Below, in pieces: positions 35,960-43,486 of a stretch of DNA of 64,000 nucleotides. A program made the translations under genes and the position numbers. Source of the DNA: an uncultured Christensenella sp. (lineage in GTDB: Bacteria > Bacillota > Clostridia > Christensenellales > Borkfalkiaceae); the NCBI GenBank assembly GCA_910586065.1, contig CAJUGI010000001.1, forward strand, positions 229,616-293,615, in the 5' to 3' direction. A model generated the notes under the pieces. It was not told where the DNA came from. It did not search any database and saw nothing but the letters and a program-made list of their open reading frames with translations. Every line of letters begins with the position of its first letter. Within the stretch, counting starts at the first letter, position 1.

Positions 35960-36724
35960 ATGGTTCAAAGATTTTCCGTTACAATTCCCGCGCTCACAGG
36001 CGAAAATGAGCGCACCGCTTACGTTTACCTTCCGCAAGGCTACGGTGAAACGGAAAAGCGTTATCCCGTTATATATATGTTCGACGGACACAACCTCTTT
36101 TCGGACGAAGAAGCCGCTTTCGGCAAATGCTGGGGGCTTGAAAACTATCTCGACGATACGCGCACGCAGGTTATTGTCGCCGCCGTCGAGTGCAATCATC
36201 GCGACCATGAACGCTTAAAGGAATACACTCCCGAAAGTTTCACTTTCAAGGACGGTTCTTTCATAAAAGCCAAGGGCAAAAAATATATGGACTGGCTCGT
36301 AAAAGAATTCAAGCCCTACATAGACGAAAATTATTTAACTTTGCCCCAAAGGGAAAACTCCGCGATTGCGGGCAGTTCTATGGGCGGACTTATGACGCTT
36401 TTCGCCCTCTGCAAATACGGTAAATACTTTTCCCGCGGCGCCGCGCTTTCTCCCAGTTTGTGGGTAAACGGCGGAGCCACGTCAAACGCGTTTATCGAAA
36501 AGGCGAAATTTACAAACGACGTAAAAATCTATCTGGATTACGGCAGTAAAGAATTTTCCAACCGCACTGACCGGAGGGAAACGTTTGCAAACACGTGCGC
36601 CGCTCTCATAAAAAAAGGCGCAAACGTAACCTGCCGCGTTGTCGAAGGCGGCACCCACAGCGAAGCCTCGTGGGAGCGTCAAATTCCTTATTTTATGTCG
36701 GCTTTGGGTTTCTTTCCCGTCTAA
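35960..36724 (+). CDS. Putative esterase (esterase-D / enterochelin-esterase-like alpha/beta hydrolase)
   Basis: 'AYVYLPQGYGETEKRYPVIYMFDGHNLF' and nucleophile elbow 'AGSSMGG'. Confidence 0.8.
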   Translation: MVQRFSVTIPALTGENERTAYVYLPQGYGETEKRYPVIYMFDGHNLFSDEEAAFGKCWGLENYLDDTRTQVIVAAVECNHRDHERLKEYTPESFTFKDGSFIKAKGKKYMDWLVKEFKPYIDENYLTLPQRENSAIAGSSMGGLMTLFALCKYGKYFSRGAALSPSLWVNGGATSNAFIEKAKFTNDVKIYLDYGSKEFSNRTDRRETFANTCAALIKKGANVTCRVVEGGTHSEASWERQIPYFMSALGFFPV

Positions 36725-36795
36725 TCCGCATATAATTTTGCCGGCACGGCACTAAAAGCTACAAAATTCATTATAATAAACTCGGAGGGTTTATC

Positions 36796-37983
36796 ATGAA
36801 AAACTTTATATTCATTTCCCCGAATTTTCCCGAAAACTACTGGAAATTCTGCCGCGAACTCAAAAACAACGGGTTCCGTGTGCTCGGTATAGGCGACTGC
36901 CCTTACGACAATCTCACCTATGAGCTTAAAAACTCCCTGCACGAGTATTACAGGGTAAACTCGTTGGAAAATTACGACGAAGTTTACCGCGCCGTCGCAT
37001 TCTTTTCGTTCAAGTACGGCAAGATAGATTTTATCGAAAGCAACAACGAATACTGGCTCGAGCGCGACGCCGCATTACGCACCGAATTCAACGTCGAAGG
37101 TTTCAAAAACAAGGACGTCAAAAAAATCAAACTTAAATCGCAGATGAAGCGTTACTACAAAAAAGCGGGCGTGCCGGTCGCTCGCCATTACGTGGTAAAA
37201 TCTCTTGCCGGATGCAAAAAATTTATCGATAAAGTCGGCTATCCCGTAATCGTCAAACCGGATAACGGCGTTGGCGCCAACGATACGCACAAGTTGAAAA
37301 ACGAGGAGGAGTTAAAAGCTTTCCTCAAAAACAAACTTTCCGTTTCTTATATTATGGAAGAGTACATAGACGGCGAAGTGGTAACGTACGACGCGATAAT
37401 CGACAGTAACGGCAACGCGATTTTCGAAAGCGGCAACATAACTCCCCGTTCCTTAATGGACGTGGTAAACGACAACGGCAACTGTATGTTCTATATAGTA
37501 AACGGGCTTTCCCCCGATATCCGCACGGCAGGCGTAAAAACCGTTAAAGCCTTCGGTGTGAAAAGCCGTTTCGTCCACTTCGAATTTTTCCGTCTTTTAT
37601 CAGACCAGCATATCGGCAAAAAGGGCGATATAGTCGCGCTCGAAGTAAATATGCGCCCCTGCGGCGGAATCGCGCCTGATATGCTCAACTATGCAAACAG
37701 CACCGACGTTTACAAAATCTGGGCGGATATGTGCGCGTACGACAGTACGCTCGTGCCTTCGGGCGAAAAATATTTCTGCGGTTTTGCAGGACGTCGCGAC
37801 GGCAGAGAGTTTTTCTATCACGAACAGGATATAGTCGATAAGTACAAAAACAATTTAAAGGCTGTCGGCAGGGTTCCGCAGGTTCTTTCCGGCGCAATGG
37901 GCAACGTAATGTATATTGCCAATTTCAAAACCGAAGAGGAATTAAAAGCCTTCTATTCCGACGTCTTAAAAGAAAAAGATTAA
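36796..37983 (+). CDS. ATP-grasp domain protein (carboxylate-amine ligase type), substrate unknown
   Basis: 'GYPVIVKPDNGVGANDTHKL', 'IMEEYIDGEVVTYDAI' and 'ALEVNMRPCGG' fit the ATP-grasp fold. GGAGGG ribosome-binding site. Confidence 0.8.
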   Translation: MKNFIFISPNFPENYWKFCRELKNNGFRVLGIGDCPYDNLTYELKNSLHEYYRVNSLENYDEVYRAVAFFSFKYGKIDFIESNNEYWLERDAALRTEFNVEGFKNKDVKKIKLKSQMKRYYKKAGVPVARHYVVKSLAGCKKFIDKVGYPVIVKPDNGVGANDTHKLKNEEELKAFLKNKLSVSYIMEEYIDGEVVTYDAIIDSNGNAIFESGNITPRSLMDVVNDNGNCMFYIVNGLSPDIRTAGVKTVKAFGVKSRFVHFEFFRLLSDQHIGKKGDIVALEVNMRPCGGIAPDMLNYANSTDVYKIWADMCAYDSTLVPSGEKYFCGFAGRRDGREFFYHEQDIVDKYKNNLKAVGRVPQVLSGAMGNVMYIANFKTEEELKAFYSDVLKEKD

Positions 37984-38009
37984 AACGCACATAAGCTGCA
38001 TATAACTTT

Positions 38010-38047
38010 GCCGCCCGCGCCTTTCAAACGCGGGCGGCGTTTTTTTG
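38010..38047 (+). terminator. Intrinsic terminator after the ATP-grasp gene
   Basis: 10-bp GC stem gccgcccgcg/cgcgggcggc followed by ttttttt. Confidence 0.85.
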
Positions 38048-38212
38048 CGCTTTCGCAATAATTTCCCCTAAAATTCACCTTGCGGTTTTTAAAAATACAA
38101 ATTCCCGCGCTAAAATAATAACAAGTAAACGCAAAATAAAATCAAAGCAAAGTTCTAAACGCAAATTCTTTGCAATAAGTTATTATACACATAGATTTTG
38201 CGGAGGCGGATA

Positions 38213-39688
38213 ATGCTTGATTACAACGTTTACGAGGACATCGCCCAAAGAAGCGGCGGAGATATCTACATAGGGGTGGTGGGGCCTGTCCGTACGGGCA
38301 AATCCACGCTTATAAAAAAGTTTATGACTGAACTTGTCATTCCCAACGTGGAGGACGGCAATTCCAAAAAGGTAATGACGGACGAACTGCCGCAGTCCGG
38401 TTCCGGCAAGTCGGTAATGACTACCGAACCCAAGTTCGTGCCCGCAAAGGCAGCGCACGTCAAAATCGAAAACGCTTCGGCAAACGTAAGATTCGCCGAC
38501 TGCGTGGGCTTTATAACTAAGGGCGCAAACGGTTTCGAAGAGGACGGAAAACCCCGTCTGGTCTCCACGCCGTGGAGCGAAAAACCATTGCCCTTCACCG
38601 AAGCTGCCGAACTCGGCACCGAAAAGGTGATATCCGAACATTCCACAATCGGGCTTTGCGTTACTACGGACGGCAGTATAGCCGACATCCCGCGCGACGG
38701 CTACGTTGAGGCGGAAGAGCGCACGGTCTCCCGTCTTAAAAGCTCCGGCAAACCTTTCGTAATCGTCCTTAACTGCGTCGAGCCGGAAAAGGCTCCCGCA
38801 AAGCGGCTTAAAGACGAACTCGAGGCAAAGTACGGCGTAACCGTGCTTGCAACCAACTGCGAAAAACTCGACGCGGCGGCGCTTTTAAATATTCTCAAAG
38901 CCGTGCTGTTCGAGTTCCCCGTAACCTGTTTCGACGTTGACGTTCCCGACTGGACGCGCTTTTTGCCGCCCGACAGTTCGGCGGTTTGCGAACTTCTGGA
39001 AAGGGTAAAAGCCGCCGCCGCAAATATCTTTAAAATGAAAGACTGCGCCGTGTTCGACGATATGCTTTCGGACTGCAAATACTGGAAGAGGGAACTTTCG
39101 GTAAACTTAAGTCTCTCCGACGGCAAAGCAAAGGTTACTGCAAGCGTTCAGGAAGGAATATTCTTTGCGCTGCTTTCCGAAATCGCGGGCGATGAAATAA
39201 CCGACGAATATACCCTGATGCGCTATGTAAAGGGCAGTTCCGAGGCAAAGAAAAATTACGACAAAATCAAGGACGCTTTCGAGTGCGCCAAAGTCAACGG
39301 CTACGGCATAGTCCAGCCCGACGACACGGATATGAGCCTTGAAGAGCCTAAAGTAATCCGTCAGGGCGGCAGTGTGGGCATAAAGCTCCGCGCAACCGCG
39401 CCCAGCTACCACATCGTAAAAATAGACGTAACCGGCGAGGTCAGCCCCATAATGGGAAGCGCCGGACAGAGCGAGGGCATAGTGCAGGGAATGATGCAGG
39501 GCTTCGAAAAAAATCCCGACGATATGTGGGATACGAATGTGTTCGGCAAGTCTCTCCGCGGAATGGTAAAGGAAGGGCTTTCAGGCAAAGTAACCTGTAT
39601 GCGCGACGAAACGAAAACCAAAATGCGCCGCGCTATATCCAGAATCGTCAACGAAGGACGCGGCAGCGTCATATGTATAATACTGTAA
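38213..39688 (+). CDS. spoIVA: Stage IV sporulation protein A (spore-coat morphogenetic ATPase)
   Basis: The start is trimmed to MLDYNVYEDIAQRSGGDIYIGVVGPVRTGKSTLIKKFM, which parallels B. subtilis SpoIVA, with GGAGG 7 nt upstream. The full-length similarity pattern runs to the C-terminal '...RIVNEGRGSVICIIL'. Confidence 0.95.
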   Translation: MLDYNVYEDIAQRSGGDIYIGVVGPVRTGKSTLIKKFMTELVIPNVEDGNSKKVMTDELPQSGSGKSVMTTEPKFVPAKAAHVKIENASANVRFADCVGFITKGANGFEEDGKPRLVSTPWSEKPLPFTEAAELGTEKVISEHSTIGLCVTTDGSIADIPRDGYVEAEERTVSRLKSSGKPFVIVLNCVEPEKAPAKRLKDELEAKYGVTVLATNCEKLDAAALLNILKAVLFEFPVTCFDVDVPDWTRFLPPDSSAVCELLERVKAAAANIFKMKDCAVFDDMLSDCKYWKRELSVNLSLSDGKAKVTASVQEGIFFALLSEIAGDEITDEYTLMRYVKGSSEAKKNYDKIKDAFECAKVNGYGIVQPDDTDMSLEEPKVIRQGGSVGIKLRATAPSYHIVKIDVTGEVSPIMGSAGQSEGIVQGMMQGFEKNPDDMWDTNVFGKSLRGMVKEGLSGKVTCMRDETKTKMRRAISRIVNEGRGSVICIIL

Positions 39689-39772
39689 CGCGTGCAGCAT
39701 GGGCTGCATATTATAATAGGGGAGTGGCGCCGTTTGCGGAAAATTCGCGCGGGCGGCGGCTTCCGGTAAATC

Positions 39773-39806
39773 CGCGGGCGGGAACTTTTAAATAAGTTCC
39801 CGCCCG
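39773..39806. terminator. Strong hairpin between the convergent spoIVA and small minus-strand ORF (no clear U-tract)
   Basis: 14-bp perfect stem gcgggcgggaactt/aagttcccgcccgc with a 6-nt loop. Confidence 0.5.
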
Positions 39807-39870
39807 CGCCAAGTTTACGGATTAGAAAAATATTTACCGCCACGGAATATGCGGGTTTTCTGCAAAAAGT

Positions 39871-40026
39871 TTATCTGTTTTCTTCCTCTTCCTTTACTTG
39901 CGTAAAAGTTTCGGGAACAAGTAAATTTCCTTTGGAATCGAACAGCGCCGCGTCGTTTTTAAGTCCGGCAATGTAGGCAAGGTACTGTTCGTCGGTCAGT
40001 TTCCTTATTTTTTTCTTTTTTCCCAT
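39871..40026 (-). CDS. Small protein (51 aa), unknown function; below the cutoff of the ORF track
   Basis: The reverse complement reads GGAGGCttttttATG, then MGKKKKIRKLTDEQYLAYIAGLKNDAALFDSKGNLLVPETFTQVKEEEENR, then TAA. Confidence 0.5.
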   Translation of the reverse strand: MGKKKKIRKLTDEQYLAYIAGLKNDAALFDSKGNLLVPETFTQVKEEEENR

Positions 40027-40365
40027 AAAAAAGCCTCCGGGTCCGTTTTTTAATATTATGCCCCCCGCGCCGGCGTTTTATTCCTGACTTTTCGGCGGTT
40101 GTTCGGGCTTAAACGCCTCGAAAAATCGTCAAAACAGCGCAAAAATTGCCCCAAAACACCTAATATTCCCGCTTGAACGAAATCAGCGGCAAAGGGGTGT
40201 ATTTTAAATTGCCCCCCACATATGCCGTGCTTTTTGTTAAATTTTTTTTAAAAAAAGCCAAAAATCTCCGTAATTGTATTTACTTTTTTAAATTTTTGGT
40301 GTAAACTGTTATTAAGTAGCGGCAAAACCGCTTTATTTTCGGCTAAATACTCAAGAGGTGGAATT

Positions 40366-43300
40366 ATGGCAAAAAACGTTTACGATGACGACGAATCTAT
40401 GGAATATCGTCCCCCGAAGAAGGCGGACGTTATCCTCAAAATGGAGCGTGAAATCTCCGCAAGACAGGCTCAGATGCAAACCGAAATTCAAAATTCGGCA
40501 AAGCAGATAGAGGCGGTGCTTGCCGAGCTTCAGAACATCAGAAAGGATTCCGAAGAAGCCGCTAACAAAAACGGCGAACTTATCGGCGCCGTTCAGGGCG
40601 ACAACACGTCTTTAAAGCGCGAAATCAAATATCTCGCCGTTCAGAACGAGAGTATTTTCAATTCGCTTTCCGAAAGAATCAACAAGCTTGAAGAAGCGCT
40701 CGGAAACATTAACGCGGCGGAACCCGTTGCGCAACGGGAAGAAAAGAGCGTTTCTGCCGAAATCGATTACGACGTTCTGGCTGATAAAGTTGCCGAAAGA
40801 ATCGTCGTTCCCGCACCCGTCGTTCAGAGCGACGGCGCACCCGTGGTATATCAGACCGAAAGGCAAGAAGTGGATTACGACCTTCTCGTCGATAAAATCG
40901 TTGCAAGACTGCCTGTACAGGACGATGCTCCTTTATCGGCGAAAGCGGATATCGACGTGGAAGAACTTGCAAGAAAGGTTGCCGAGAACGTAAGCGTTCC
41001 CGCACCCGTATACGCCGAGGCGGCGCCCGCATATGCCGGAGCTGTTCCTGCGGCTCAGGCGGTTACCGTAAGCGCCGAAATAGACTACGACTGCCTTGCC
41101 GAAAAAGTCGCAAGCCGTATTCCCGCACCCGAAGTCCACACAGTATATTCCGAAGCCGCACCCGCGGCGGTTCCCGTTACCGCGGAAATCGATTACGAAG
41201 AACTCGCCGAAAAGGTTGCAAGCAAAATTCCCGCGCCTCAGGTTCAGGCGGTTTATTCCGAAGCCGCACCCGCGGCGGTTCCCGTTACCGCGGAAATCGA
41301 TTACAACGAACTGGCAGATAAAGTTATTTCCCGCATTCCTCTGCAGGAGGCGGTTTCACCCGATTACGTAGCGGCTAAAATAGCCGAGCAGATAATACTT
41401 CCGCAGGCTCCCGAAGTTAAGTTCGACTATGATGAGCTTGCAGGCAAGGTTGCCGAAAAGATAACGTTGCCCCAAGCTGAAGTTCACGCCTATGCCGAAG
41501 CTGCTCCCGCGGCGGTCGCTGCGGAGCTTGACTATGACGCGCTTGCCGAAAAGGTTGCCGAAAAGGTTTCCCTTCCCGAAAACGCCGTCGATTACGAACT
41601 TCTTGCAGACAACATTGTTGCGCGTATTCCCGTACAGGAGAGCATTTCTCCCGAATACGTCGCTTCCCTTATTTCCGAAAATATCCCCGAACGCGAAATA
41701 GTGACCGCGGACGGACAAATCGATTTGGACGCGCTTGCCGGCAAAATAGCGGAACGCATCCCCGCGCAGGAAGCGCAGGCGGTTTATTCCGAAGCCGCTC
41801 CCGCGGCGGTCACTGCGGAGCTTGACTACGACGCGCTTGCCGAAAATATCGTTTCGCGTATTCCCGCACAGGAAACGCAGACGTTTGAAAACGTTGAAAT
41901 CGACTACGAAGCGCTCGCTGAAAAGCTTGCCGGAAGAATTCAACCCTCCGGCGGCGTTGTTGACGAAGAAGAGCTTTCCGACAGAATCGCGTTAAAAGTC
42001 GGTTCACTCAAAGCGGACGACTTCGACGTGCTTGTTGACGACGAGGGTTGCGAATCAATATCCAGAACGATTGCCGAAAAACTCGACTACGAACTTATTG
42101 CGTCGGCGGTTGCCGAAAAACTCCGTGCAGAGCTCGACCCCGCCAATGCGGAAGAAACCGATTACGAGGAAATGGCAAACCGCATAAGCGAAAAGATAAC
42201 GGTTGCGGGCATAAACGAGGATGCAATCGCGGATAAAGCCGCTGCGGCGCTTTCAAATTATCTCCCCGAAATCGACGCAGACGAAATTGCGGATAAAGTT
42301 GCAAATCAGGTAATCAGCGCCCTGCCTTCGGTAGATAACGAATATATCTCGTCATCAGTTGCCGAAAAGATTATAGAAGCACAGGCTGAAAAAGACTTCG
42401 ACGTAATTATCGACGAGGAAGGCGTTGAAACAATTTCCGAAAGACTCGCCGAAGTTGCAGGCAACGATAACACGACCGAACGTTTTAACAGCGTAGATAA
42501 CGACCTTGCCGAAATCAAGGCTCTGCTTGCAAACGGAGCATATGTCGTTCACGAAATCGAAACCGTTCCCGCAGAGGAACAGCCTGCAATCGAAGAGCCC
42601 GAAGACGAACCCGAGGAGACTCTCGTTACCGTCAGCGACATAGTCGAAGAGGTTGAATCAGGACAGGATGAAGAGGAAATAACCGAAGAACAGCCCGAAG
42701 AAGAGGTTGTTGAGGAAGTTCCCGAAGAGACCGAAGAACCCGTTGAAGAAACGGTTGAAGAGGTCACCGAAGAGGAAATAACCGAAGAACAGCCCGAAGA
42801 AGAGGTTGTTGAAGAAGTTCCCGCCGAAACTCAGGTTGAAACCGCCGAAACTGAGGAAAACTCCGAAGAAGACGGCGACGTTGAAGAATTTACTTTGGAC
42901 GATTTGACGGACGGACAGGGCGAAGGCGGCGTAGACTTTGCAAATATGATGCGCTACAACCGCAGTTTCATTGCAAGGATTATCCAGAGCACCGACGACC
43001 AGAAGGGTTATTACGGCGAAGTAAGAAACGCGCTGTTAAGCTACAAAAAGGTCAACTCAAATATTGCCTGGGGCGCAGAACGTTTCCATAAGGGCAGAGA
43101 AACCATTGCCCGCTTTAAAATCCGCGGTAAGACTCTTTGTCTGTATCTTGCGCTCAATCCCAAGGAACACGAGTATTCGGTTTATCATCATAAAGACGTT
43201 TCCGGCGTGAGAATGTTCGACGGTACGCCTATGATGATAAAGGTTCAAAGTCCCCGCGGCGTAAAGAAAGCAATAAGACTTATCGATGAAATGCTCGAAG

Positions 43301-43416
43301 CCCGCGGAGGAATTAAGAGGAACGTTCCTCAGCGTGATTACGCGGCTATGTATCCTTACGAAACTATCGAAGAGCTTATCGAAGACGGACTTGTAAAGGA
43401 CGTAAACAAAAAGTAA
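40366..43416 (+). CDS. 1016-aa acidic repeat protein: N-terminal coiled coil, ~18 'DYxxLAxKVAxxI' repeats, Glu-rich tract, C-terminal globular domain
   Basis: GAGGTGG ribosome-binding site. The repeats and the C-terminal ~150-aa non-repetitive domain are listed in the finding at 40366..43416. Confidence 0.85.
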   Translation: MAKNVYDDDESMEYRPPKKADVILKMEREISARQAQMQTEIQNSAKQIEAVLAELQNIRKDSEEAANKNGELIGAVQGDNTSLKREIKYLAVQNESIFNSLSERINKLEEALGNINAAEPVAQREEKSVSAEIDYDVLADKVAERIVVPAPVVQSDGAPVVYQTERQEVDYDLLVDKIVARLPVQDDAPLSAKADIDVEELARKVAENVSVPAPVYAEAAPAYAGAVPAAQAVTVSAEIDYDCLAEKVASRIPAPEVHTVYSEAAPAAVPVTAEIDYEELAEKVASKIPAPQVQAVYSEAAPAAVPVTAEIDYNELADKVISRIPLQEAVSPDYVAAKIAEQIILPQAPEVKFDYDELAGKVAEKITLPQAEVHAYAEAAPAAVAAELDYDALAEKVAEKVSLPENAVDYELLADNIVARIPVQESISPEYVASLISENIPEREIVTADGQIDLDALAGKIAERIPAQEAQAVYSEAAPAAVTAELDYDALAENIVSRIPAQETQTFENVEIDYEALAEKLAGRIQPSGGVVDEEELSDRIALKVGSLKADDFDVLVDDEGCESISRTIAEKLDYELIASAVAEKLRAELDPANAEETDYEEMANRISEKITVAGINEDAIADKAAAALSNYLPEIDADEIADKVANQVISALPSVDNEYISSSVAEKIIEAQAEKDFDVIIDEEGVETISERLAEVAGNDNTTERFNSVDNDLAEIKALLANGAYVVHEIETVPAEEQPAIEEPEDEPEETLVTVSDIVEEVESGQDEEEITEEQPEEEVVEEVPEETEEPVEETVEEVTEEEITEEQPEEEVVEEVPAETQVETAETEENSEEDGDVEEFTLDDLTDGQGEGGVDFANMMRYNRSFIARIIQSTDDQKGYYGEVRNALLSYKKVNSNIAWGAERFHKGRETIARFKIRGKTLCLYLALNPKEHEYSVYHHKDVSGVRMFDGTPMMIKVQSPRGVKKAIRLIDEMLEARGGIKRNVPQRDYAAMYPYETIEELIEDGLVKDVNKK
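41146..41304 (+). repeat. Intragenic tandem repeat, 108-nt period
   Basis: The 51-nt block tattccgaagccgcacccgcggcggttcccgttaccgcggaaatcgattac occurs identically at 41146 and 41254. Related copies lie near 41491 and 41779. Confidence 0.85.
42670..42830 (+). repeat. Intragenic tandem repeat, 99-nt period, in the Glu-rich tract
   Basis: gaagaggaaataaccgaagaacagcccgaagaagaggttgttga is repeated at 42670 and 42769, encoding EEITEEQPEEEVVEEVP. Confidence 0.85.
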
Positions 43417-43431
43417 ATTAAGGCACAACGC

Positions 43432-43461
43432 GCGGGGGTTGATGGTTTTGTCAACCCCCGC
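43432..43461 (+). terminator. Terminator-like hairpin after the repeat-protein gene
   Basis: 11-bp stem gcgggggttga/tcaacccccgc with an 8-nt loop. The U-tract is weak. Confidence 0.5.
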
Positions 43462-43486
43462 ATTATATGTAAACGGAGTAGTAAAT

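Noticed and set aside
38165-38197. CATAGATT upstream of spoIVA as a sigma-E -10 element.
   Set aside because: It lies only 16 nt from the start codon, so a transcript would lack the ribosome-binding site. No suitably spaced ATA-type -35 is present. The real promoter is probably further upstream in the 165-nt AT-rich region and cannot be assigned by eye.
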